64,000 nucleotides of DNA, from contig OZ251459.1 of the NCBI GenBank assembly GCA_965242525.1, positions 3,744,001-3,808,000 on the forward strand. The letters are read 5' to 3'. This DNA comes from an uncultured Candidatus Binatia bacterium (GTDB lineage Bacteria; Desulfobacterota; Binatia; UBA9968; JAJDTQ01). Every line of letters begins with the position of its first letter. Positions within the stretch are counted from its first letter, which is position 1. This document shows positions 26,688 through 36,712 of this stretch, piece by piece. The notes beneath the pieces were generated by a model. The model made no database searches and was not told the origin of the DNA. It saw only the letters and a program-made list of their open reading frames with translations. Both the position numbers and the translations under genes were made by a program.

Positions 26688-26783
26688 GAAACGGAAGCGA
26701 GCATCGAACATTCCCGCCCCCGCTTCCACTTCCGCGAAGACATGCTTTCGCGGGAATGCCAGGGTCGCGCTTCGCCAGAGATC

Positions 26784-28499
26784 CTAACCGCGCAGCATAA
26801 AGTAGCGGTGCCCCCCGGCCGCCACCTCCTTCACCACCCGATCCTGCCAGTCGGTCCTGCCGGCGCCGTAAATGGACTCGACCGCGCTCCAGGCCAGGAC
26901 CACCACGGAGCCCGGATGCTCTTCCAGGAACCGGGCCACGGCGTCTTCCGTGGCCAGGAACTCGACCTTGCGCCGGGTATGGTAGGTGAAGGCCGCCACC
27001 TTGCCGCGCTCCCGGTGCGAGACCGCGACTCCGAAGACCTGCTCCGAACCCATTTGCTGCCGGATCCAGCGCCCCACCGGCTCGTAGCTCTTCACCGGGT
27101 CGAACTTCGGCATGATCCAGCTAAACGCCAGGAAATAGAGGGGGACCGTCACCACCGCGATACGGAGCAGGGCCTGCGGCAGGTCCGGATAACGCCGGGC
27201 GCGCAGGACCCATAGCCCTCCGGCCAGGCTCAAGGCGCCGACCGCCAGCCCCGGGCCGCGAAGGCTCGTGAAGACGAAAGCGTGCAAAGGCTCCAGGGCC
27301 AGCCACGGGGCGAGCAGGCCGGAAAAGAGGCTGGCGGCCGCCAGGCTCCCGCCCATGAGGACGAGGGCCGCGGCCGCCGCGGTGATGGAGGCGGCGGCCC
27401 AGCGGCGCTCCCACGTGTCGAGGACTTCCCGGCCGCGGACGGCGATCCACTGGCCCAGGAGCAGCGCAGCCGCGGGATACGCGGGAAGCAGGTAGAGCTG
27501 GCGTTTGGTGACCGCAAGGGAGAGGAAGACGAAGAACGCTCCCAACCACCACAACAGCAGTTGCCGTCGGGGGTCGCGCCATGCCCCGCAGCGATGGACG
27601 CGCCAGAGCGCCAACGGCAACAGCAGGCTCCACGGCGCCAAGTCCAACCACACGTTCACCGCATAGTAGTAGAGCGGTCTCACGTGGCCGCGAACGCCGC
27701 TTCCGAAACGGGCGAAGTTCTGCAGCCAGAGCTCCTCGACGACGCTGCCCGCGCCCGCCTGGTGGGCGCAGGCAACGAACCAGGCCAAGTAGATGGCAAG
27801 GCTCACCAGGCCGAGGGGCGCCAGCGCCGCCAGCCGGCGCCATTCCCGGCGCGTCCCGTGCCACAGGGCCAGCACCAGTCCGGGCAGCAGGAGCCCCAGG
27901 GGTCCTTTGGTCAGCATGGCCAGCCCGAGCAGTGCGAAGCCCGCGACACGCAGCTTCCAGGACGGTTCGGAGTCCGCGCCGGCAGCGTAGGCGAACAGCC
28001 CCGCGGCGATGAAGAGGCCGAACAGCATGTCGGGGCGGTAGCCGATGGCCTGGAGCGCGAACTGCGGGAACGTCAGCAGCAGGAAACCGGCCCACAACCC
28101 CGCGGACGGCCCGAACCAGCGCGAGCCCGCGAAGCAGGTGACGAGCGAGAGCGCGATGGCCCCGATAGCGGAAGGCAGCCGCAGGGAGAACGCGCTCATC
28201 TCCCCGAACACCGCGGACGAAGCGGCCCCCGCCCAGTAGAGCAACGGGGGATAATCGACCCAGACCTCCCCCATGCGGCGGGGCGTCACCCAATCGCCGC
28301 TCAGGAACATGGCCTGGGCCACGTCCGCCACGTTGGGCTCGTTGGGAAACCAGAGGTCCCGCCACCCGAGGCCGGTGACGTAGAGGAGCGCGCCGATGGC
28401 GGCCAGGAGCAGGAAACGGTGGTGTTCGAGGACCCCGGTCACGGCCTCGCGCCCGGGCGAGCCGGGACCGGGGTTGGGCGGGCTGTCTTTGGGCGACAT
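26784..28499 (-). CDS. ArnT/GT39-like integral membrane glycosyltransferase
   Basis: GDWVTP, YPPLLYW, LRLPSA, LTKGPLG, YLLPAYP; many TM segments. Confidence 0.88.
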   Translation of the reverse strand: MSPKDSPPNPGPGSPGREAVTGVLEHHRFLLLAAIGALLYVTGLGWRDLWFPNEPNVADVAQAMFLSGDWVTPRRMGEVWVDYPPLLYWAGAASSAVFGEMSAFSLRLPSAIGAIALSLVTCFAGSRWFGPSAGLWAGFLLLTFPQFALQAIGYRPDMLFGLFIAAGLFAYAAGADSEPSWKLRVAGFALLGLAMLTKGPLGLLLPGLVLALWHGTRREWRRLAALAPLGLVSLAIYLAWFVACAHQAGAGSVVEELWLQNFARFGSGVRGHVRPLYYYAVNVWLDLAPWSLLLPLALWRVHRCGAWRDPRRQLLLWWLGAFFVFLSLAVTKRQLYLLPAYPAAALLLGQWIAVRGREVLDTWERRWAAASITAAAAALVLMGGSLAAASLFSGLLAPWLALEPLHAFVFTSLRGPGLAVGALSLAGGLWVLRARRYPDLPQALLRIAVVTVPLYFLAFSWIMPKFDPVKSYEPVGRWIRQQMGSEQVFGVAVSHRERGKVAAFTYHTRRKVEFLATEDAVARFLEEHPGSVVVLAWSAVESIYGAGRTDWQDRVVKEVAAGGHRYFMLRG

Positions 28500-28612
28500 G
28501 CGTCAGGGGCCGGGAGCCGTCCGGGCAGGCGAGTCCGGGCAGGCGAATCGCAGCCAGAGGCAGGGAAGCCGAAAAGTCTCCCGGCTCTCCGTCCCGATTC
28601 CCCCGGCGCGCG

Positions 28613-29461
28613 TCAGCCGTGGGACCGGGTGAACTCCAGCGTCCGTTCGCACACGTTCTCGGTGGTCTGGTCCGGCGGCATGACGTTCCAGAACTCCGGG
28701 TGGGGCAGGCACTCGCGCAGGTAGTGGGCCCCCGACGTGGCGTGGGACGGGTCGTCCCCCGGTATCACCAGGGCCGGCGCCTTGACCCCCATGAGCTCCT
28801 CCGGCTGGGCGCCGGTGGCGGTGTCCCGATCGAACATGTCCGGCCCGGTGGCGGCGACGATCCCCAGGTAGCGATCCTGGTCCTGGGCCGCGAACCCCTC
28901 GGCGAACTCGCCGTCCCGGGCGATGACGGAAGCCCACGGACCGGACTCGGGATCGGTCCAGAACGTGGTCCCCTTGCGCGCCCGGTCCACCACCGCCCGG
29001 AGACCGTTCTCCCGCACGAAGCGCAGGTGGTCGGCGAACCGCGCGTGGTTCGAAACCTTCCAGCGGTATCCCCCCACCGGCCAGTGGAGGACCAGGCCGC
29101 GGGTCCTCTCGGGATAGTGGACGCCGAAGGAAAGGGCCACCGAGCAGCCCATGCAACCGCCCATGACGAAGGCCGAATCCACCTGGAGGTGGTCCAGGAG
29201 CTGCATTCCCTGCCGTGCGTAGGCGGCCCAACCGAGGCGCTCCACCCGGCCGCCCGACTCCCCCGACTCGCGCCGGTCGTAGGCGATCACCCGGTGTTGC
29301 GAGGCCAGCCTGGCCAGGGCGTCGATGCCGGTCCAGGCGCTGGCCGCGCGCCACTTCTCGATGGTGGAATCGAACCCTCCGGGCGCCAGCATCAGGAGCG
29401 GCGTTCCCGATCCCCAGGTTTCGTAATGGACCTCGATACCATCGAGGACGGCGGTTGACAT
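28613..29461 (-). CDS. Alpha/beta hydrolase-fold protein
   Basis: YETWGSGTPLL, VIAYDRR, nucleophile elbow GGCMG (Cys in place of Ser). Confidence 0.85.
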   Translation of the reverse strand: MSTAVLDGIEVHYETWGSGTPLLMLAPGGFDSTIEKWRAASAWTGIDALARLASQHRVIAYDRRESGESGGRVERLGWAAYARQGMQLLDHLQVDSAFVMGGCMGCSVALSFGVHYPERTRGLVLHWPVGGYRWKVSNHARFADHLRFVRENGLRAVVDRARKGTTFWTDPESGPWASVIARDGEFAEGFAAQDQDRYLGIVAATGPDMFDRDTATGAQPEELMGVKAPALVIPGDDPSHATSGAHYLRECLPHPEFWNVMPPDQTTENVCERTLEFTRSHG

Positions 29462-29555
29462 GGAGTTCCTCCCGAAACGCCCGTCCGCGCGCACGCGCGT
29501 GCCGGGCTTGCATGGTGTTGCCCAAGGCTTAGCCGAACCGCGGGAGCCAGTCAAG

Positions 29556-29750
29556 GAAACCCTGTTCGATCCGGGAAGGAGAGGGCGTCCTTCGACTTCG
29601 CTTCGCTACGCTCAGGACGAACGGGGATGGGACGCTTCGCTATGCTCAGGACGAACAGGGATGGGATGCTTCGCTACGACCGACGAATGGGGACGGAAGG
29701 GTCACGTGTGGGAATGCCCTCGCACATGGTTCGATGGTTCAGGGTTTCCT
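29556..29750. repeat. MITE/REP copy with tandem decaying cores
   Basis: GGAAACCCTG...CAGGGTTTCC ends; repeated CTTCGCTACGCTCAGGACGAAC. Confidence 0.75.
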
Positions 29751-29957
29751 CGAATTGGTGGTGGCCACGGCGGAGCCCAGCCCCACCAGCGCGAAAGTCG
29801 AAGTCCAACCCGGGAGACTCCACGCGACCGGCGCGGCGCCGGGCCTGCGGCCATTGACCGGCTTCGGCGTCGGGTCCTATAATCAGCTTGCGCTGGCGCG
29901 GCCGGCAGGGTCACGACCCGGGCGGCCGCTTGGCGACGCCTCGCCTTGGAGGAACCC

Positions 29958-30887
29958 ATGCTCATCGACTGGCATTCACACCACACCGCCCCGGAACTGG
30001 TAGAAGCGTTCCGCAGGAAGACCGGGAAAGCGCCGAAAGTCGATCCTTGCGACTCGGCCGACTTCGAGGGGAGGCTCGCGGAGCTCGACCGGGCGGGGAT
30101 CGAGTTCCAACTGGTCTGCCAGGGGGCCAGCGAGGACGCGGACCAGCTCGACGCGGCCGACGCCATGGAGACGGCGCGCCTGTCCAACGACGTGCTGGCG
30201 GAGCGCATCGCGGGGCACACCGACCGGTTCGGCGGCGTCACCGCACTGTCCCTCAAGAACGTGCGGGAGTCGGTGGACGAGATCGAACGCATGGCCTCCC
30301 GAGGCTTCCGGGCGGTGCTCATCTACCCGCGCGTGGACGGCGAGATGAAGGTGGACCTGCCGGAGCTCGACCCGGTTTTCGCCAAGGCGTCGGAGCTGGG
30401 GCTGCCGCTCTTCCTCCACGGCAGCGGGGGGGCCAAGGACCCCACCCTGGGCAGGCTGGAGGACGGCGGCGCCGGCGTGGCCTACAGCGTGCTGTCGGAC
30501 GCGAGCGTGAACGAGTGCGTCATGCGCATGATCGCCAGCGGCCTCTTCGACCGTTACCCGAACCTGAAGGTGGTGATACGCAGCGGCGGCGGGGGCATCC
30601 CCCTGCTGGTCCAGCGGATGTTCTGGAAGCACAAGGGGCCGGATGGCGAGAAGCGGTACTCGGAAATCTTCCTGGAGCACTTCCTCATCGACACAGCCAG
30701 CGTCCGGCCCAACGCGCTGCCCTTCCTGCGCGAAGTGATGGGCGCCGGCGGCGTGGTCTTCGGCTCGGACTACTGCGGCGGCCTGGGGCCTCTCCACAAG
30801 GCGCTGGCGGTGGTGGACTCGCAGCCCGACGCGCCGGAAGTGCGCTCCTCCACGGAGCGGACCTCCCGGACCCTGTTGCGACTCTGA
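29958..30887 (+). CDS. Amidohydrolase_2 family protein
   Basis: IDWHSH, LPLFLH, FDRYPNLKV, VVFGSDY. Confidence 0.88.
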   Translation: MLIDWHSHHTAPELVEAFRRKTGKAPKVDPCDSADFEGRLAELDRAGIEFQLVCQGASEDADQLDAADAMETARLSNDVLAERIAGHTDRFGGVTALSLKNVRESVDEIERMASRGFRAVLIYPRVDGEMKVDLPELDPVFAKASELGLPLFLHGSGGAKDPTLGRLEDGGAGVAYSVLSDASVNECVMRMIASGLFDRYPNLKVVIRSGGGGIPLLVQRMFWKHKGPDGEKRYSEIFLEHFLIDTASVRPNALPFLREVMGAGGVVFGSDYCGGLGPLHKALAVVDSQPDAPEVRSSTERTSRTLLRL

Positions 30888-30948
30888 GGCAGGTGGGGGG
30901 CGGGACGCCTGGCCGTGGAATCCTGCCCACCCGAAAGCCGGAAGCGCG

Positions 30949-31335
30949 CTATTCCTTCCGGGTGGTGAGTTCGATCTTGTAGCCGTTGGGGTCTTCGATG
31001 AACGCGATGACCCCGCCGCCGTGCTTCATGGGACCGGCGTCCCGGGTGACCTTCACCCCTTTCCTGCGCAGTTCGTCACAGGTGGCGTACACGTCGGGCA
31101 CCCCGATGGCGATGTGGCCGAAGCCGTCCCCCAGGTCGTACTCGTGCGTGTCCCAGTTGTAGGTGAGCTCGATGACCGCGCCGTCGTCCTCGGACCCGTA
31201 GCCCACGAAGCAGTTGGTGAAGCGCCCGGACTCGTAGTCCTTCTTCTTCAACAACTGCATCCCCAGCCCGTCGCAGTAGAAGGCGAGGCTTTCGTCCAGG
31301 CGCTTGACCCGTATCATGGTGTGAACGATTCTCAT
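30949..31335 (-). CDS. gloA: Lactoylglutathione lyase (glyoxalase I)
   Basis: HTMIRV, IELTYNW, GFGHIAI, AFIEDPNGYKIEL. Confidence 0.95.
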   Translation of the reverse strand: MRIVHTMIRVKRLDESLAFYCDGLGMQLLKKKDYESGRFTNCFVGYGSEDDGAVIELTYNWDTHEYDLGDGFGHIAIGVPDVYATCDELRRKGVKVTRDAGPMKHGGGVIAFIEDPNGYKIELTTRKE

Positions 31336-31380
31336 GCGGTCCTCCTTCGTCGCGGCCGTCGTTCCGTTGCCGTCCGCCGG

Positions 31381-31995
31381 TCACTCGCCCATGCGCGACG
31401 GGTCGGCCACCACCTGGCGGATCTCCCAGCCCTTCGACCGGGTGAAGGCCACGTGGCTGAATTCGCAGGGTTTCAGGTGGAACGTGCGGTACTGGTTCAG
31501 CGGCGTCCCGCTGATGCGGCACAACACCGAGAGTATGGGGAAACTGTGGCTGACCACGACGATGACGTGGCCGTCGTCGTGGTTCCCGACGATGCGGTTG
31601 AGCGCGGACCAGGCCCGACGGTCCACGTCGAGCAACCGTTCGCCTCCGGGCAGCCATAGGCCCTCGGGTTGCGAACGCCACCGCTCGATCCATCCGTCGA
31701 ACTTCTCCTTCACCTCGACGAACGTGAGTCCTTCCATCTCGCCGTGGTCGAGCTCGCGCAGGTCCGGCTCGATCCTCACCGCGACTCCGTGGGGCTCCCC
31801 CACGATCTCGGCCGTCTGCCGGGCCCGCCGCAGTCGGCTCGAATAGACCGCGTCGATGCGGCGGCGGCCCAGGTGCGCGGCCACCTCGCCGGCCTGCCTG
31901 TGGCCGACCTCGTTGAGCTCGATGTCCGAGCTCCCCTGGCACCGGCCTTCCCGGTTCCAGCGGGTCTCGCCGTGGCGCAACAGGAAGATCTGCAT
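31381..31995 (-). CDS. Histidine phosphatase family protein (CobC/GpmB-like)
   Basis: LRHGET, SSRLRRARQTA, PGGE, VVSH. Confidence 0.92.
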   Translation of the reverse strand: MQIFLLRHGETRWNREGRCQGSSDIELNEVGHRQAGEVAAHLGRRRIDAVYSSRLRRARQTAEIVGEPHGVAVRIEPDLRELDHGEMEGLTFVEVKEKFDGWIERWRSQPEGLWLPGGERLLDVDRRAWSALNRIVGNHDDGHVIVVVSHSFPILSVLCRISGTPLNQYRTFHLKPCEFSHVAFTRSKGWEIRQVVADPSRMGE

Positions 31996-32003
31996 GGTCC
32001 GGG

Positions 32004-33905
32004 TCAGATGAACTCGGGATGGACCTCGATGTTCGCGTTGGCCTTCAGGTGCTCGATCAACTGCCGGAAGGCGCGTTGGCGCTTCTCATCGCGCAAGCGC
32101 CGCGTCAGCTCTTCCTTCTCCCCGGCCAGGCCCGCGGGGTCGGCCTCCACCGTCTTCCTCAGCACCATGACGTACACGGAATCGCCCTGGACGTAGGCGG
32201 TCTCGGCCACCGGTTTCTCCCCGGACAGGGTGAGCCCGCCGAGGGGCAGGGGAAGGAAACCGATCTCGGGTATCTCCGCCTGCTTGCGCGGGAACAGGCC
32301 GGTGTCCTCCACGGTGAGGCCGTGGCCGGCCGCAACCTTGCCGAGGTCCGGCGATTCCCCGAGCTCCGCCAGGATGGCGTCCGCCCTGGACCGCGCCAGG
32401 TCCCGCGCCTTCCTCCGGGTCAGCATCTCCTCCACCTTGTCCCGGACCTCTTCCAGGGGCGGGACCGCGGGCTCCACCCGCTCGGACACCTGCATGATGT
32501 ACAGGGCGTCGGAAGCGGACACGATGGGGCCCACCCGGTCCGGTTTCAGGGAAAGGGCCGTGCGGTAGAACTCGTCCACGCCGCCGATCTCGTCCAGTCT
32601 TTCGCCCGGGCTGAACAGCCGCGTCTCCGAGGTCCCGAGCCCCCGCTGCGAGGCCACTTCCGCCAACGGCGCCCCGTCCAGGACCCGTTCCCGGTCTTCC
32701 TCCGCGGCGCGGGCGGCCCTGGCCCCGCCGCGCTCGCGCCTGAGGGCCTCGACGATCTCTTCGCGCACTTCCGCAAGCTCGACGGTCCCTTCCTCCTGCT
32801 TCTCCACCGCCTTCAGCAGATGCAGACCGAGGGCGCTTTCCACCACTTCGCTGACCTCGCCCTCCGCCAGCGCGAACAGCGCCGTGTCCAGGGCCGGCGC
32901 CAGTTGGCCCCGGCCCACGAAGCCCATGTCGCCCCCCTGGGCCGCGCTCTCGTCCCGGGAGTGCTGCCTGGCGAGCTCGGCGAAGTCGGCGCCCTCCTCG
33001 GCCTGTTTCCGGACGTCTTCGAGTTCCTTTCGCGCCTCTTCCCCGGCTTCCGGCGACGACTCTTGCGCCGGCGCGGGGATGAAGACCTGGCTGAACTTCA
33101 CCCTCTCCGGCCTGCGGAACCGGCGGTCGCGATAGACGTCGTAGTATGCCTGGACGTCCTCGTCGGTGACTTGGACATCCGCGGCGAAATGTTCCACCGA
33201 GTACGCCACGTAAGTGGCCTTGACCTTGAGGGGCTCCCGCAGCAGCCGCCCGTTCCGGTCGTAGTACTCCCGGATCTCCTCCTCATCGAGGGTCACCTCC
33301 CGGAGGAAGTCGTCGGTCTCCAGGCGAACGAAGTCCAGCGCGATCTCCTCGTTGTCCAGCCGGTAGCGCTCTTCCACCTCGGATGCCGTGACCGGCACCG
33401 AGTGTTGCACCAGGTCCCGGAGCTTTTGGATCACCAGCGCTTCGCGCTGCCGGGTCTCGAACTCGCCCGGAGTGAGCCCCTGTGCGCGCAACGCCCGTTG
33501 GTAAACTTCCTTGTCGAAACCGCCGCCGGCACGGAAGGCCGGGTTGCCCGCGATTCCGTCCGCCAGCTCCTCGTCGGTGACCCGCAAACCGAGTCCTCGG
33601 GCCGCCTGCAGCAACAGCCGCTGGTCGATGAGCTCGCCCAGCAACTGGCCCCTGAGGTTGAGGGCCTCGATGTCCGCGGGGGAGATCTGCCCTCCGGCCA
33701 ACTGCCGATAGGTTTGCAGCATCCGGTAGTAGTCGCGCTCCAGCTCCGTATAGGTGATCTTCTCCCCGTTCACCTGGGCGATGGTGACCACCTGGTCCTG
33801 TCCCCCCTGGGGACCCACGCCGACCATGACGAAGGCGAGCACGCCGACCCCGAGCAGGAGCAGCACCAGCCACGACCGTTTCCTCTTCCGCAGCACGTCC
33901 AGCAT
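32004..33905 (-). CDS. PpiD-like SurA N-terminal + parvulin PPIase chaperone
   Basis: N-terminal TM anchor, AQVNGEKI, FAELARQHSRD...GGDMGF. Confidence 0.9.
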   Translation of the reverse strand: MLDVLRKRKRSWLVLLLLGVGVLAFVMVGVGPQGGQDQVVTIAQVNGEKITYTELERDYYRMLQTYRQLAGGQISPADIEALNLRGQLLGELIDQRLLLQAARGLGLRVTDEELADGIAGNPAFRAGGGFDKEVYQRALRAQGLTPGEFETRQREALVIQKLRDLVQHSVPVTASEVEERYRLDNEEIALDFVRLETDDFLREVTLDEEEIREYYDRNGRLLREPLKVKATYVAYSVEHFAADVQVTDEDVQAYYDVYRDRRFRRPERVKFSQVFIPAPAQESSPEAGEEARKELEDVRKQAEEGADFAELARQHSRDESAAQGGDMGFVGRGQLAPALDTALFALAEGEVSEVVESALGLHLLKAVEKQEEGTVELAEVREEIVEALRRERGGARAARAAEEDRERVLDGAPLAEVASQRGLGTSETRLFSPGERLDEIGGVDEFYRTALSLKPDRVGPIVSASDALYIMQVSERVEPAVPPLEEVRDKVEEMLTRRKARDLARSRADAILAELGESPDLGKVAAGHGLTVEDTGLFPRKQAEIPEIGFLPLPLGGLTLSGEKPVAETAYVQGDSVYVMVLRKTVEADPAGLAGEKEELTRRLRDEKRQRAFRQLIEHLKANANIEVHPEFI

Positions 33906-34153
33906 GTCGAAAGACTCCTCCCGGCAGGGTGATCCACACGTTCGCATAGGCTCCGGCGGCCCCTTGCCGGGACGAGGGCGCGGGACCGCCGGCGGCGCGA
34001 ACCAGAGCCATTATAGGCGTCCGCCGCGGCCATGTGAAGGGGAGTCCTGCCGGGCCTCGGCGAACGCCGCTTTGCGGTGGGTTGGTGTTTGTGCCGCAAA
34101 TCGGTATCTGGTATCCTTGTCGGGTTCCACGTTTCGGTTGCGAGAGGGGTTGC

Positions 34154-35191
34154 ATGAGTTTTCTCAACAGGTTCTATGGTCTCGTCTCCAACGATCTGGC
34201 CATCGATCTGGGCACTGCGAACACCCTGATCTACGTCAAGAACGAGGGTGTGGTCTGCAACGAGCCCTCGGTAGTGGCGATACAGAAGAACGGACGCGGG
34301 GACAAGAAGGTCCTCTCCGTCGGCGCCGCCGCCAAGAGGATGCTCGGCCGCACGCCCGCGAGCATCATCGCCATTCGTCCGTTGCGGGACGGCGTGATCG
34401 CCGACTTCGAGACCACCGAGGCGATGCTCGAATACTTCATCAAGCAGGTCCACCGACGCCGCCCCCTGGTGCGCCCCCGGGTCATCGTCGGCGTTCCCTT
34501 CGGCATCACCGAGGTCGAGAAGCGGGCCGTCCGGGAATCCGCGGAGTCCGCGGGGGCCCGGGAGGTCTATCTCATCGAGCAGCCCATGGCCGCGGCCATC
34601 GGCTCGGGACTGCCCGTCACCGAGCCCTCCGGCAACATGATCGTGGACATCGGCGGGGGGACCACCGAGGTCGCGGTCATCTCCCTGGCGGGCATCGTCT
34701 TCTCCAAGTCCATCCGGGTGGGGGGCGACCGGCAGGACGAAGCCATCGCCCAGTTCATCAAGCGGCGCCACAACCTGATGATCGGGGAGCGGACCGCGGA
34801 GCTCATCAAGATCACCATCGGCTCGGCCTACCCCGGCGAGGAAGTCCGGACCATGGAGATCAAGGGTCGGGACATCGTGGCGGGCATACCCAAGACCGTC
34901 TTGATCTCCGACGACGAGATACGCGATTGCCTGCTGGACCCCGTGAACCAGATCATGGACGCCATTCGCGTCTCCCTGGAGCACACCCCTCCGGAGCTTG
35001 CGTCGGACATCGTCGATCGGGGCGTAGTGCTGGCCGGCGGCGGATCGTTGCTCAGGAACCTCGATTCGCTGATCAGCGAAGAGACCGGGCTCCCGGTGAC
35101 CCGGGCCACCGATCCCCTGACATCGGTGGTGATGGGAGCGGGCATGGCCCTGGACGAGATCGACCTGCTCAAGGACGTGGCGCTCAACTGA
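34154..35191 (+). CDS. mreB: Rod shape-determining actin homologue MreB
   Basis: [32 protein letters not shown]. Confidence 0.97.
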   Translation: MSFLNRFYGLVSNDLAIDLGTANTLIYVKNEGVVCNEPSVVAIQKNGRGDKKVLSVGAAAKRMLGRTPASIIAIRPLRDGVIADFETTEAMLEYFIKQVHRRRPLVRPRVIVGVPFGITEVEKRAVRESAESAGAREVYLIEQPMAAAIGSGLPVTEPSGNMIVDIGGGTTEVAVISLAGIVFSKSIRVGGDRQDEAIAQFIKRRHNLMIGERTAELIKITIGSAYPGEEVRTMEIKGRDIVAGIPKTVLISDDEIRDCLLDPVNQIMDAIRVSLEHTPPELASDIVDRGVVLAGGGSLLRNLDSLISEETGLPVTRATDPLTSVVMGAGMALDEIDLLKDVALN

Positions 35192-35207
35192 AAGGACGAA
35201 AGACAAC

Positions 35208-36194
35208 GTGCCGGAAGCCAGGGAAGGGAGAACTGCGGACCCGCCCCGGTCGTCGCAATACCCCGCCGACTACCACGAGCCGGACACCCGTTCGAGCAAG
35301 GCCGGCTTCCTGGCGGTATCGGCGCTGCGCCGGTACCGCATCCCCATCCACTGCCTGCTGACGCTGGCCCTGGCGTTCTACGTGGTCACCGTCTCGTCCA
35401 CCGCTCCGGGGGAACGGGACCCGGTGGTCCGGCTCCTGTCGTATTCCGTCAGGCCGCTCCAGAAAGCCCTCCACTCGGTGGGCGCCACCGTGCGCAGCCT
35501 GCAGGTCAACTACCTTGCCTTCAAGGACCTCTGGAACGAGAACCGGAGCCTGAAGAAACAGCTTGCCGCCCTGGCGGCCGAGCGCAACCGGCTCTTCGAG
35601 GCCAAGCTCGCCAACGACCGCCTGATGGACCTGCTGGAGATCAAGACCCGCATATTGCGGGAATCCGTGGCGGCCACGGTCACCGGCAACAGCGCCAGTA
35701 GTTGGTTCCGCACCATCACCGCGGACAAGGGCTTGGCGGACGGCATCCATCCGGGCATGGCGGTCATCACCCCGAGGGGGGTGGTGGGCAAGGTCGTGTC
35801 CGTGGACCGCGACACCGCCAAGGTGATGCTGTTGACGAACCACAAGAGCGGTCTCGACGTCATCACCCAGCGGACCCGGGTCCGCGGCATCGTCTCCGGG
35901 TCGGTGAGCGGGGAAGCCGTGGTCAAGTACATGGGCCGGAACGGAGACGTCCGTCCCGGCGACCGGCTCATTACCTCCGGGCTGGACGGGACCTTCCCCA
36001 AGGGACTCCTGGTGGGAACCGTCGCGGACGTGGGAGACAACGCCACCGGGCTCTTCCAGCGGGTGCGCATCTCGCTGGCGGTGGACCCGCTGGTGATGGA
36101 GGAGGTGCTGTTCATCTCCGACAAACCCAGGCCCGTGGTCTCCTCCACCCTGGACGACGAGGGGGAACGGGCCTCGCCTTCGGCTACCCCATGA
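35208..36194 (+). CDS. mreC: Rod shape-determining protein MreC
   Basis: Coiled coil, DKG..DG, GVVGKV, TSGLDGTFPKG; follows mreB. Start uncertain. Confidence 0.92.
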   Translation: MPEAREGRTADPPRSSQYPADYHEPDTRSSKAGFLAVSALRRYRIPIHCLLTLALAFYVVTVSSTAPGERDPVVRLLSYSVRPLQKALHSVGATVRSLQVNYLAFKDLWNENRSLKKQLAALAAERNRLFEAKLANDRLMDLLEIKTRILRESVAATVTGNSASSWFRTITADKGLADGIHPGMAVITPRGVVGKVVSVDRDTAKVMLLTNHKSGLDVITQRTRVRGIVSGSVSGEAVVKYMGRNGDVRPGDRLITSGLDGTFPKGLLVGTVADVGDNATGLFQRVRISLAVDPLVMEEVLFISDKPRPVVSSTLDDEGERASPSATP

Positions 36195-36712
36195 AGGTGT
36201 CCCTGGTCTTCTTCGGCATCGGTCTGGTCTTCGTCCTCCTGCAGTCCACGACCCTGCATCTGGTCACCGGGACGCCGATCATCCCCGACCTCACCCTGAC
36301 CCTCTGCGTCTATTGGGCCATGAACCGGCCGCGGGCGGAAGCCGTGTGGGCCACGTTCCTGCTGGGATATACCGTCGACGTCCTGTCCAGCCCGGAACCC
36401 GGAGTGAACGCGTTCGCCTTCGCAGCGGTGTTCCTGGCGGCCTACCTGGTCTTCCGCTACATCTGGGCCACCGGGCCGGTGGCCGGCGTGGTGACCGTGT
36501 TCGCGGCCATATGGCTGAAGACGGGCGTGCTGCTGTTCGTTTCCCCGCTGTTCGAGCTGTCCGCGGACGCCTGGGCGGTGGTGGCCGGCGCGGTGCTGCA
36601 GGAGGCCCTCATCTCCGCGGCCCTGGCCCCGCCGCTGTTCCTGATGCTCCGCTCCATCCAGGTCCGCATGGAAACCGTGCGGAAGTCGCCTTCCCTCGAT
36701 GCCGCCTCGTAG
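36191..36712 (+). CDS. mreD: Rod shape-determining protein MreD
   Basis: Hydrophobic ORF from ATG 36191 (ATGA overlap), with PDL and LG..D motifs; operon position. Confidence 0.88.
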   Translation: MKVSLVFFGIGLVFVLLQSTTLHLVTGTPIIPDLTLTLCVYWAMNRPRAEAVWATFLLGYTVDVLSSPEPGVNAFAFAAVFLAAYLVFRYIWATGPVAGVVTVFAAIWLKTGVLLFVSPLFELSADAWAVVAGAVLQEALISAALAPPLFLMLRSIQVRMETVRKSPSLDAAS

